Assembly: GCA_043228905.1 (NCBI GenBank)
Contig: JBHGNT010000001.1
Location: 19,778,001-19,842,000, forward strand
Direction: 5' to 3'
Length of the DNA: 64,000 nucleotides
From: Azolla caroliniana
Lineage: Eukaryota; Plantae; Polypodiophyta
How positions within the stretch are numbered: the stretch's first letter is position 1; each line of letters opens with the position of its first letter. Shown piece after piece: positions 1-10,947 of this stretch. Both the position numbers and the translations under genes were made by a program. The notes under the pieces are model-generated. The model ran no database searches. It was not told the origin of the DNA and saw only the letters and a list, made by a program, of their open reading frames with translations.

Positions 1-1527
1 CATTACTTGCTCACTACAGTCTTGCTCTACATAGCCTGAAATCAATGCATTCCATGAAACCACATCTCTCCTCTCCATTTCATCAAACACTTTTTGTCCC
101 ATTGCCATCCAGCCGAATTTCGAATACATGTCCACCAAAGCATTAGCAACTAAAATATCACTTTCAAGCCCTTTCATGATAATACTTGCATGAACTTCTC
201 TGCCCTCGATAGTGGCACCAACACTGATACAAGATTTCAAGATGCAAATCGATGTAGCTGAGTTCAAAGAGATTCCATGAAATCGCATTGTTTCAAGATA
301 GCAGAGAGCATCCTCACCATACCCGTGATTGGCTAGCCCTGATAAAAAAGCACTCCAAGAGACACTATCTCTGGTTGGAAGCTTTTCAAATACTTGTTTT
401 GAATCTGCAAGAAGACCACATTTTGCATAGAAATCGACCAACGTATTCCCAATTAGTGAAGCATTTTCTAACCCTTTAATGACAATTGCAGCATGTGTTT
501 GGTATGCATCAGTCATAGATCCTATTGCTCCACAAGCTTTCAAGACACAAACAAAGGTGATAGCATCCCCCGAAACTCCTTCACTTTCCATTTTGTTGTA
601 ACAATCTATTGCTTTCTCACCACATTCACTGTCCAAATAACCTCCCAGGAGTATATTCCAAGAAACCACACTTCTACCACGAATCTTGTCAAAAATTTCC
701 TTTGCTGTGGTAATTAATCCAAATTTCACATACATGTCCACTAGTGTATTAGCTACAAGTAGTTCACATTCCACTCCTTTAACCACAATTTGTGAATGGA
801 TTTCGTACCCTTTCTCTATTGAGCCTAAACTACTGCAGGCTCTCAAGCCACAAACATAGGTAAAAGCATCTGGAGAGACATCTTCATCTTGCATAGTTTG
901 AATACAAACAATGGCTTCTTCATCATGACCACATTCAACATGTGCTGCTATTAGAACAGTCCATAAGACCACATCTCTATAAGGAAGAGTAGAGAACACC
1001 TCTTCTGCTTTCAAAGGACAACCACATTTACTATACATATCAACTAAAGTGGTAGCAATGAAAATATCACATTCTGAGAGACTTATTCTGCATATCTCAG
1101 CATGAATAGAAGAACCCATTTGCACATCTTTGAGGGCTATGCAAGCCTTAAGCATGGCAACGTACGTGTAAGGGCTAAGTTTCAAATATTGGTTTCTTTG
1201 CATTTCTCTATAGAGGGAAAAGCCATGAATGTAGTAACCCTTTTCCATATAACCGGTGATGAGCCAATTCCATGAGGACCTATCTCTGTTGTTTTCAAGC
1301 TTTTGAAAGACTTGGCATGCATAGAAGAGCCCGTCACATTCAACAAACATTCTCACAAGCTTATGACCAAAGGTCTGCTTTTCAAGTCCTCTTTTGCACA
1401 AATGAGTATGTAAATGCAGGGCTTTGCTCAAATTTCTGTCTACAAGTCTGCATTTGTTCAATAGAGATGCAAGGTCCTCGAGTGATGATGAAGGAAACAA
1501 TCCATTTGAGCACATGTTCAGATTCAT
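1..1527 (-). CDS. PLS-class pentatricopeptide repeat (PPR) protein, N-terminal >=509 aa, continues off the left edge; probable organellar RNA-editing factor
   Basis: Manual translation: stop-free from ATG 1527 (MNLNMCSNGLFPSSSLEDLASLLNKCRLV...) to base 1. Repeated P/L/S motifs such as GREVHASIIMKGLESDILVANALVDMYSKFGWMAMGQKVFDEMERRDVVSWNALISGY and TTLVDMYSKCGCPLKAEEVFSTLPYRDVVLWTVLIAAHVECG. Absent from the ORF track because no stop lies in the window. Confidence 0.93.
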   Translation of the reverse strand, partial: MNLNMCSNGLFPSSSLEDLASLLNKCRLVDRNLSKALHLHTHLCKRGLEKQTFGHKLVRMFVECDGLFYACQVFQKLENNRDRSSWNWLITGYMEKGYYIHGFSLYREMQRNQYLKLSPYTYVAMLKACIALKDVQMGSSIHAEICRISLSECDIFIATTLVDMYSKCGCPLKAEEVFSTLPYRDVVLWTVLIAAHVECGHDEEAIVCIQTMQDEDVSPDAFTYVCGLRACSSLGSIEKGYEIHSQIVVKGVECELLVANTLVDMYVKFGLITTAKEIFDKIRGRSVVSWNILLGGYLDSECGEKAIDCYNKMESEGVSGDAITFVCVLKACGAIGSMTDAYQTHAAIVIKGLENASLIGNTLVDFYAKCGLLADSKQVFEKLPTRDSVSWSAFLSGLANHGYGEDALCYLETMRFHGISLNSATSICILKSCISVGATIEGREVHASIIMKGLESDILVANALVDMYSKFGWMAMGQKVFDEMERRDVVSWNALISGYVEQDCSEQVM

Positions 1528-1792
1528 GAATAGTTACCGGTGTACATATAATATATACATACAAGATTTCGTCCATTATGTATGCATGCATGTACATATA
1601 TATATAAATGAATGTATGCATGTGAATATGTATAAATATGTATCCATGCATTGTATGAATCAATGTCCATGAAGGAACTGTGAGTAGATCATAGCATCGC
1701 TAGTTCATACACAGAGAGAGAGAGAGAGAGAGAACTACAAAAGCCGAGGCATAGATACAGATAGAGAGATTGGTAATTTTATTTATTTTTTG

Positions 1793-1990
1793 TGTTGAGA
1801 ATCAACCTCAACCCATCCTAGTGTGTATGTATACACACTAGAGAGTTACACACCACCACTATGTAATATAGCTAATGTGTCATAGGAGTTATATTATATG
1901 ACACATTATTAATGTGTCTTGTAACATAACTCATGTGTCATATGAGTTACACTCTATGACACATAGTTAATGAGATTCCCCACTCCCTGA
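1793..1990 (+). mobile_element. Truncated Copia LTR fragment (family E-like U3)
   Basis: Starts TGTTGAGAATCAACCTCAAC..CTAGTGTGT like the LTR at 16523 (TGTTGAGAATCAAGCTCAAC..CTAGTGTGT) and shares the CTATGACACATA block. Confidence 0.6.
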
Positions 1991-1996
1991 GATTCT

Positions 1997-2063
1997 AGAG
2001 AGTGAGTGAGTGGTTTATTGGTACTGTTTGGGCAGAGAGTGAGTGAGTGGTTTATTGGTACTG
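1997..2063 (+). repeat. 30-bp direct repeat, 2 copies
   Basis: AGAGAGTGAGTGAGTGGTTTATTGGTACTG at 1997-2026 and 2034-2063. Confidence 0.9.
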
Positions 2064-2977
2064 ATTCTTCCGAAGTCAATTCGTCGTCATTGTTTGCCTC
2101 CAATTCTCTTGTCTGCTGACAACGTTCCTTCTCATAAGAGTCAAGCTCCATTGCAGTTGCCATATGTTGGTTGTCATATTCTTCCATCAGCTTGGTGACC
2201 TCTTCCCTGTGGTGCGTTAAAAGATCGTATATGTCATTGGCCAGCTCTTCTTGAACCGTATAGCCGCGTCATCTATTTTGAAGAAGTCTTGACCTTGCTT
2301 CTTCCTGTTCCCGGGATCGGCTTGTAATAGTTGTAATTTGGCAGCTTGAGCCGACCACGTCCTCCAGCCATTGTCTAGGGTTTCGGCAACCATTTTGCGC
2401 ATCTTGTCCTTGTGTCTAGACAAGATGAGGTGCACTTTTTCCTCTCCCATGTTGAGTTTGTATTGCATCGTGGCCAGTTCCTTTCGTCGGCAATTTGAAC
2501 TTTGGCCGAATGTTGGTCGAATTGTAGTTTCGCTTATGCCACCAATAAACACGTTCGCATTCACAAGTGGAAGGATAAGGAATATTCCATTTGATTTTGG
2601 GGCATTTTTTCCCATTTCACAAAATACCGTGATACTAGTATCACATGCTCTCAAAAACTTGATGAAAAAGTTAAATTTTCACCATTTGGAAAAATTGAAA
2701 AATGTCAAAATTTGGTCAAATACAAAAAGTAACTTTGTGTATTTTTACGGAAATATGACAACTAATAAGTTTTTAGATCTTAAAGAATCCAGAAGCAAAA
2801 GATTTCAAAACAATTAATTTCTTTTTTTTTCCAAAAAAAAAACAATTAACTTTTTTATATCATTCGATAAAATGTTGTCTAAATTTGTTACATATTGTTG
2901 CACAAAAAATACATTCAAGAGTTATTTGCATCACTATGATCACTCCTTTCATGAGAATCACTACTATAGCTAATATA

Positions 2978-5900
2978 TGACAAGAATACACGCTCCCGAT
3001 GAACAACGCTCAGCCACAACCGAGCGTAGGATCAAACATAGAAAACGGGTAATGAACGCACGACACAGTGAAGAGAAGAGTACACAGGATGTTAACGTGG
3101 AAAACCCAAACTAGGGAAAACCACGGCAGCCCACAGACTGCAAACTATCACTATATCACAATATACAATAGTAAAGCACCGAGGCAACGACCTCGAGCTT
3201 GCTATCTTCGCCACAGGCGGCGGTTACAACAGAGGCAACGACCTCTTCCTCTCTCTCTCTCTCTCTATACACAGTTACGCACTCAAATCTTGCACCAACA
3301 AGAATGACAACTACACTTAGTTTGCCCTAAGTCATATTTATACTAATATGACTTTTCGGCTATTTACAAATATAGCCCCGATGGCCTCTCAGAAAACATA
3401 TTTAGGAATATGTCCCTTCATTCGGTGAGCACTTCTCATTGGGCCTTCACCATCTAGCTCTTGCCGGGTACTCGTCATCCGGTTCTCACCGGGTCTTCCG
3501 TTGACGGGTACTCATCATCGAGAGTTTGCTCATCAACACTGTTCTTCTCACTTCCCATCCGGAGGGACCTGTTTCCTAACAAACTCCCCCTTCACTCTGG
3601 CATGGGATGTCTTACTAGTCCAATCCGCTTCCGACATGCATCCAGCTTGTCGGGTATCAGTACTTTGGTCAGCATATCTGACCCGTTCTCGGCCATGTGG
3701 ATCTTCGTTAGCGCAAACTCTCGATCTTCTACTCGCTCTCGGATCCAGTGATACCTACGCTGGATGTGCTTCGTCCCGGAATGGTACGCTGCGTTCTTAG
3801 CAAGGTGGATGGCACTTTGACTATCGCAATAGAGTCGGTATTCATCTTGCCGGATACTGAGCTCTCCGATGAAGTCCTTCATCCATAATATTTCCTTGCC
3901 GGCTTCCACAGCCGCCATGTACTCCGCCTCCGTGGTTGACAACGCAACCGTCTTCTGCAGCCTTGACTGCCACGAAACAACTCCCCTTGCATATGTCATT
4001 ACATACCCGGGTGTAGACCGACGAGTATCCACATCAACCGACATGTCCGAATCGGTAAAACCATCAAATTAAAGGTTTACCGGAGCCGAATTGGAGACAC
4101 ATATTTGAAGTGCACTTTAGGTAACGGAGTATCCATTTGACCGCGTTCCAGTGCACCTTGCCGGGATTGCTCATAAACTGGCTCACCACTCCGATTGCGT
4201 ATCCAATATCTGGTCGAGTACACACCATTGCGTACATCAAGCTCCCGACGACAGAGGCATATGGAACCTTCATCATATCAGCCTTCTCTGCTTTCGTCTT
4301 CGGGCTTTGCTTACCGGATAGGCTGCACTTTGTCGGGAGTGTCGATCCGACCGGTTTTGCTTCTAACATGTTGAACCGCTGAAGCACCTTTGTCATGTAT
4401 TTCTCCTGTGACAGCCACAATTGCTTCGTTGGCCGGTCCCGGATGATATGCATCCCCAACATCTGTCTTGCCGGATCCAAGTCTTTCATTGTGAAAGTTC
4501 GGTTGAGAGCCTTCTTCAGCATCCGTATTTTGGCTTGGTCCCGTCCGATGATCAACATGTTGTCCACGTACAGAAGGAGTATTAGGAAGTCGCCTCCTTC
4601 GAACTTCTTCACAAACACGCAGTGATCGGCCTGCGTCTTGTGGTACCCTTGATCGGTCATGAAGGAGTCGAACTTCCGGTACCATTGTCGGGGAGCCTGC
4701 TTCAGTCCGTACAGGCTCTTCTTCAACCGGCAAACCAGGTGCTCCTTCCCTTTCTCCATGTATCCTTCCAGTTGCTGCATGTAGATCTCCTCTTCGAGGT
4801 CACCATGAAGGAATGTCGTCTTCACGTCCAACTGCTCTACCTCAAGGTCCATGCTTGCCGCTATACTCAGCACCGTCCGGATGGAGGTCATCTTTACTAC
4901 TGGGACAAATATCTCGTCGAAGTTCACGCCCTTCTTCTGTTGGAACCCCTTCACCACGATCCTGGCTTTGTATCTCGAAGGGTTGCCGGCATCTCCCGGT
5001 TTCAACTTGTACACCCACTTGTTTCGGAGTGCCCGCTTTCCTTTCGGCAACTCCACCAATTCGTACGTATGGTTCTCATCAGGAATCCATCTCATCCTGC
5101 ATGGCACTTAACCATTTGCGGTTGTGGGTGTCATCCTTCGCTTCTTCGAAGCTTTCCGGCTCTCCCTCATCGGTCAGCAGCACATGCTCTGTATCTGGAA
5201 ATCTCCGGGGGGGCCTTCTCTCTCTGAGAGGATATCTCTGTCTTTGGCTTTCAGCAACCGGCTCCACTATTTGTTCTTCATCCGAATCCGATTTGGGATG
5301 TTGGCCGGTTCCGATTTCAGCTTCCTCTACTTCTTCTTCTACCAGTTCGGTATCCTCACCGTAACCGGCTGGTTCCTCGAGTGTCAACCGGCTCTTAGCC
5401 GGGTGTGTCCGAATCTCATCGGAGTTCATTATCTTCTTCTCCAACTCCCAGTTGGCAAGAGTCTTGTCCTCCATGAAGATAATATCTCGACTCTGGAAAG
5501 CCTTCTTGTCAACCGGATCCCGATAGCTGAACTCATCATGACCGTATCCGAGGAATATGCATGGTCGGGTCTTTGGATCCAACTTTCCTCTCCGGTCCTT
5601 AGCAACATGCACATACGCGAGACACCCGAACACCTTCAGATGCCGGTAGGACACTTCCTTACCGGTCCACACCTTTTGTGGTGTGTCTCCATCCAAGGGC
5701 ACTGAGGGTGATCTGTTTATCACATACGTCGCTGTTGACAGCGCCTCAGCCCAAAACGTCTTGGGTAATTTTGCATACGCCAGCATACTCCGGACCCTTT
5801 CCATTATGGTCTGGTTCATCCTCTCAACCAACCCGTTTAGTTCCGGCGTCTTCGGCATGGTAAATTCGAGCCGGATTCCCTTCGAGCGACAGTACTCCTC

Positions 5901-7877
5901 GAACTGCCCCCGATATTCACCTCCATTATCTGCTCGAACCGCCTTCAGCTTCCGACCAGTTTCTCTTTCCACTCTCGCGTGGAGCTCTTTGAAGACGGAT
6001 AACACCTGATCCTTCGTCTTCAACGGTGTGGTCCACAGCTTTTGGCTGTGGTCATCTATGAACGTCACGAAGTACTGCGATTCGGCATGTGACTTCATGT
6101 CCACTTGACATACATCAGTATGCACCAACTCCAGTGGTGCATTACGTCTCATCGGTGGCCTCGATCGGAAGGAGGTCCGGTTTTGTTTACCGACTAGACA
6201 ATCAGTGCACTTCTCCAAGTGCACGTTCTTCACTAGAATGAGGTTGTCGTCTGCAAGCCTCTTCATCCCCTTCTCGCTCATGTGACACAACCTCTTGTGC
6301 CACAGCTCACCGGTAGTGTCGGAAGCCATGTTCACTTCTTCCGGGCATAACTGGGCATTCATCAGGTACAACATGTTTACCTTCCGGGCCCGAGCCACAA
6401 TCAGGTTCCCTTTGCTGAACTTCATAACACCGTTCAGGATGCTACCCATGTAGCCTTCATCATCTAGCCGACCGGCTGATATCAGGTTCAGACGAACCTT
6501 CGGAACGTGTCGAACATCCTTCAGCAGCAGCTTGCATCCGGTTGGTGTTGTCAACCACACGTCTCCTATGCTGACAATTCGGCATGTACCTTCATTCCCC
6601 ATCCGGACACAGCCGTGATCACCGGCTGAGTAGGATGAGAAGCATTTTCTGTCTGGGGTAAGGTGGAACGACGCTCCGAAGTCGACCACCTAGGTCATCT
6701 CGTCGCCGACAAGGTTTACCTCACTCTCCTCGGTGATGAACATCAACTCTTCTTCACTTGCCGCGATTGCCGTCGTTTCCTTCCGGTCCGTCCCCCTCCG
6801 GTCTTTACCGTTCCGGTCCGGTGTCCGCTTCGAATCGGTACCATCGGTTTCCTTGTCTTTTTGGAAGTGCCGACAGTTCTTCCGGAAGTGTCCCGGCTTG
6901 CCACAATAGAAGCAGGTAGTCCTCCCCCTTGACTTTGACCGTGTCCCCGACTTCTCCCGGTTCTGGGGACTATGGTTCCTTTGTCTTCTGCATTCCAATT
7001 CGGTAAGGAGCGCTCTGGAGTCGGAGTTCGTATCCTTGTCTTTCCGACGCGCCTCCTCATCTAGCAAGCTCGACTTCACTCTTGCCAGGGATAACTGTTT
7101 CCCTTCCGGCCCGGCGTTGCCCAAAGTGACGACCAAGCAGGAGTAGTGCTAGTACCACATCAGTGAGAGGTACTTCTAATGATGTTGCCTGGTGCATCAG
7201 CCCCTGGAAGGCATTCATGTGCTCCGCCATGCTGGAGCCATCTTGGTACCGGAGTCGTACTAGCTTCCGAAATACCGAAACCTGATTAATAACATTTTTG
7301 TTCTGAAACATAATGTCGATCTTCTCCCAGAGCTCATGAGCCTTGCTCTCTTCATTGAAGTTGTTGTATAGACTCATGTCGATGAAGCACCGTATGTACG
7401 CCGTTGTCTTCATGTGCATCACCTCCCATATCGTGGAATCAATTTTGTGCGGTCTCTTGTCCCTGAACTGAACCGGCAACCAAAGATCTTTAACCACGAG
7501 CATGTCCCTCATCTTCGACTTCCACACGGAATAGTTGGAGCCGGTGAGCTTGAACATGCCTCCCAATGATTCGTCCATTTTCTGTGTCGTTTCGCTTTGA
7601 TACCAATTTGACTGGAATACACACTCCCGATGAACAACGCTCAGCCACAACCGAGCGTAGGATCAAACACAGAAAATAGGTAATGAACACACGACACAGT
7701 GAAGAGAAGAGTACTCAAGATGTTAACGTGGAAAACCCAAACTAGGGAAAAACCACGACAACCCACAGATTGCAAACTATCACTATATCACAATGTACAA
7801 TAGTAAAGCACCGAGGCAACGACCTCGAGCTTGCTATCTTCGCCATAGGCAACGGTTACAACAGAGGTAACGACCTC

Positions 7878-7916
<39 letters not shown>

Positions 7917-8242
7917 ACAGTTACGCACTGAAATCTTGCACCAACAAGAATGACAACTACACTTAGTTTGCCCTAAGTCATATTTATACTAATATGACTT
8001 TTCGGCTATTTACAAATATAGACCCAATGGACTCTCAGAAAACATATTTAGGAATATGTCTCTTCATCCAGTGAGCACTTCTCACCTGGCCTTCACCATC
8101 TAGCTCTTGCCGGGTACTTGTCATCCGGTTCTCACCGGGTCTTCCGTTGCCGGGTACTCGTCATCCGGTTTCGGCCTCGGCCGAGTTTGCTCATCAACAC
8201 TATTCTTCTCACTTCCCATCCGAAGGGACCTGTTTCCTAACA
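2978..8242 (-). mobile_element. Full-length Ty1/Copia LTR retrotransposon (family A, copy A1; Tnt1/Tork-like), degenerate
   Basis: LTRs 2978-3581 and 7609-8242 (TG...CA); TSD ATATA (2973-2977, 8243-8247); PBS TGGTATCAAAGC (tRNA-iMet) at 7594-7605; PPT AGAGTGAAGGGGGAG next to 3581. Confidence 0.96.
3592..7578 (-). pseudogene. Copia gag-pol (gag, zinc knuckle, protease, integrase, RT, RNase H) with frameshifts and stops
   Basis: [75 protein letters not shown] across ORFs 7057-7650, 6690-7136, 5079-6689, 4064-5107 and 3592-4044. Confidence 0.95.
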
Positions 8243-8869
8243 ATATACAATTGTGACTCTCCTCATTTTCAAATGTACCAATCAAATCATTGTCTTCACC
8301 AAATGGTGTCTCCAAATTGTGTCTATTAAATTTTGTTCGACTTCAATCTGAGACATCTCCTAGACTTGGTAATATCTCTTTTATTATGGCTATTAGTGTC
8401 TTCCGTAAACGTCCAGCTTTTGTGAATGTAAAGTCATACACAATGATATTCACCTCACTAATGTCAATGATAGATGTATTACAAAGGTTTAATGCATCAC
8501 CACATCCAAAACTTTACCAATCCAGATTTGGTGTCCTGGTCATCTACATGTGTAGCTATTAATATCCCCACCTTGAGTTCTTGCATGTTTCCTTGTCACC
8601 TGAGTTATGCTCGTGTTGTCATCCTTGGTTCCACATAAATGTTTCTCTGTTGTGGATGTACCAAACTGTGAAGATCAACATTAAGTGCTTGAAGTGGTAA
8701 TTGAGAACCACAAGAATATTTTATAGACATGTAAATGACATTTGCAAGGTTCAATTACCATCAACACAACTATTAATGGTTTTTTGTTGATCAATGAAGA
8801 ACATATTTACCATAGGGTGTCTTGTTGTGCAACATACTTCTTTGCATTATCGATATGCTTCTTTTTCTC

Positions 8870-9515
8870 TTATAAAAACAAAGATTTTAGTACAATTCGA
8901 GTTCATGTTTAGAAAAGCTCTTTTATTTTAAAAAAAAGAACATTTTTAAACATGAACTTCATATATTGTATTGAGTTCATGTAAAAAACAGAGTTCTCAT
9001 CACAATTTGATACAATGTATCGAATTCATGTTCAGAGTTTTCTTTCCTAGATTTAAAAAAAGAATTATTATTTTTTGAGCTTGAGTTGATGAAAAAAACT
9101 AGGTTTTTCATCACAATTCAATACAATGTATCGAGTTAATTGTTTTAAATTTGTAAAAAAAATAAATTTGTTTTTTGAAATTGTTTTTTTATTTTTTATT
9201 TTTGGGGAAAAAAACTTTTAACATGTATTCGATACATTATATCAAATTGTGATGAGAACTCTGGTTCTTTCATCACTTCAAGGTCAAAAAAAGAATAATA
9301 ATAAAAAAAACCAAAATAAATAGAAAAAAATCAAAAATCAAAAATTAAAAACAAGAAAATAAAACTTTAAACATGAACTCGATACAATGTATCAAATTCA
9401 TGTTAAAAACTTAACAAGAACTAGATAGAATGTATCTAGTTCATGTAAAAAATTGAGTTTTTAACATGAACTCGATACATTGTATCGAATTGTACTACGA
9501 AGTCTCTATTTTATT
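8870..9515. repeat. Foldback/MITE-like array of ~8 palindromic units, consensus AACATGAACTCGATACA-W-TGTATCGAGTTCATGTT, with AT-rich spacers
   Basis: Units near 8890 (partial), 8949, 9001, 9111, 9220, 9369, 9413 and 9463. The outer ends are inverted (TAGTACAATTCGA ... TCGAATTGTACTA), and 8985-9032 is an inverted copy of 9220-9265. Confidence 0.8.
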
Positions 9516-9830
9516 GTTAAAATTATCGAGTTGCTGAATAAATTGTATATTTTCACAAATAATCTCTATTTTTGTAATGAATTTCTATTTTTTTCCAAGA
9601 TTTTCCGTTACGAAAAATTGCTTGATGGGAGTGTTTTTACTGCACTATTTAGTGTTTGTTTCGCATATTAGTTAGCAAAAAATCATTAATGTTTGTAATA
9701 TTTCGCATCTACTTGTCTTTTTTTTGGAATTTAGAGCCCTTTTCTAACGTTAATCTGTCTTTAAACATATAAGTTGTTAGAAATTACTTATTGGTTCATA
9801 TAATTGAGTTTCTCTATATTTTTCGATCTT

Positions 9831-10262
9831 GTGCCAAGAAGGCCAACTGAAAATCAAGATGAGCGTATGGCCAAGAAAATTCATTTGAATAATCGAGGCT
9901 CGCCTTTAGAATCTACTCAACGTGGGAAAGCCATGTATAGTCAGATAGGAAAGAAATATTGTTCAACAATGATATACCAAGATAGTGATAGTCAGAAACT
10001 ACGAGCAGTTAAAGATATTCTTCATTTTTCTACATCATTTCTTGCACGTCTTGAAAGAGCGCAAAAAGAAAAGGACTATCGTTTAGCGAAGGCATATGTT
10101 GTAAAAGATGGTGCCACTTTTAAGAAATTTCGCCACAAAAAGGATAACAGCTAGGAATTATACAATAATGTCTATTGTGGTGATGTGTATGAGATGATAC
10201 ACATATTGCCAATGAAGGAATACATATTATTGATTGTTGACATACCATACGAATTTTGTATG
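9831..10262 (+). pseudogene. N-terminal fragment of a putative beta-class N4-cytosine/N6-adenine DNA methyltransferase, truncated by an LTR insertion
   Basis: Reading through TAG 10152-10154 gives ...KKFRHKKDNS*ELYNNVYCGDVYEMIHILPMKEYILLIVDIPYEFCM. This resembles the N-x-I-Y-x-G-D ... L-I-x-x-D-P-P-Y start of N6_N4_Mtase domains. The GTG at 9831 (VPRRPTE) may be a mutated ATG. Confidence 0.6.
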
Positions 10263-10711
10263 TGTTAAGAATTAGGTGATTAAGCAAGGGTTAATTAACA
10301 TCTAAATATGTGAGCGATTGATAAGCGGAAGATTATGTGATATGTGTGTGTATGTGTGTGAGAGGAAGAGAGAGAGAGAGAGGAAGTTACACTTATGAAC
10401 AATAATACGAATGGGGGATGATTAACGAGAGTCTATATTAAAAAGGATCATCAAATACAAAAATACCCATAATGTGGTATATATACATCTCATGTGCAAA
10501 GGTGCACATGTGTGAGTAGAATATAGATAGAAAGGTGTAAGTCCTATATTAAATGAACATGGGAGTAGAGGATCTACAATGTATCCCACTCAAGTACAAA
10601 ATCCTATTTAAGGCTTTAAGGTCAACACACTAACTCGATTCTATCTAGGTAACTACTAAGTTACGTGTGTTGACTAATTAACTAAATCTAGTTGAGCTTG
10701 ATATCTCAACA
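10263..10711 (-). mobile_element. 3' LTR of a minus-strand Copia (family E, copy E0)
   Basis: TGTTAAGA...TCTCAACA. On the minus strand it begins TGTTGAGATATCAAGCTCAAC directly after PPT TTGAGGGGGCG; the pol C-terminus (...RLTLELEGAC) lies at 10706-10903. Confidence 0.85.
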
Positions 10712-10947
10712 CGCCCCCTCAAGCTCAAGTGTGAGGCGTCCGACGTCCGCATTAGCTTTCGTTGGCTTCCATCTAGCCTTCGGCTTTCTTTGGCCTTTCT
10801 GAGGCAATCTAGATTCTTCACCCTCAAACCGGTGATGAAGGCAATCTAAATTCTTCGCCCTCATGCCGGTGAAGGCCGACTGCTTCCAACCATTGTGGGT
10901 CATGAGTTGTTTTGGTAGAGCTCTCGGGCTCTTGTTCAGCTCCTACC

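Larger units (their letters stand above)
2915..8870 (-). pseudogene. Decayed C-terminal part of a putative DNA-transposon protein, split by Copia A1 (pieces 8243-8870 and 2915-2977)
   Basis: Frame-hopping translation: EKKKHIDNAKKYVAQQDTLW*/NMFFIDQQKTINSCVDG...IYVEPRMTTRA*LR*QGNMQELKVGILIATHVDD/PGHQIWIGKVLDVVMH/NTSIIDISEVNIIVYDFTFTKAGRLRKTLIAIIKEILP...EESHNC, then across the Copia insertion SYSSDSHERSDHSDANNS*. Not LTR-retroelement-like. The transposase assignment is inference. Confidence 0.45.

Noticed and set aside
1954-2654. Two minus-strand ORFs (77 and 145 aa) as a host gene
   Set aside because: No recognisable motif, a frame break between them, and they are flanked by TE debris; unassignable from the sequence alone.
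4622-6009. Long antisense ORFs over Copia pol, and similar ones at 15283-16128, 20699-21373 and 61403-62641
   Set aside because: Shadow ORFs of GC-rich coding strands with no motifs and no consistent boundaries between copies.
8870-9515. CRISPR-like array (palindromic repeats with spacers)
   Set aside because: Spacers are low-complexity poly-A/T of very uneven length, the array is mirror-symmetric, there are no cas genes, and the context is eukaryotic.
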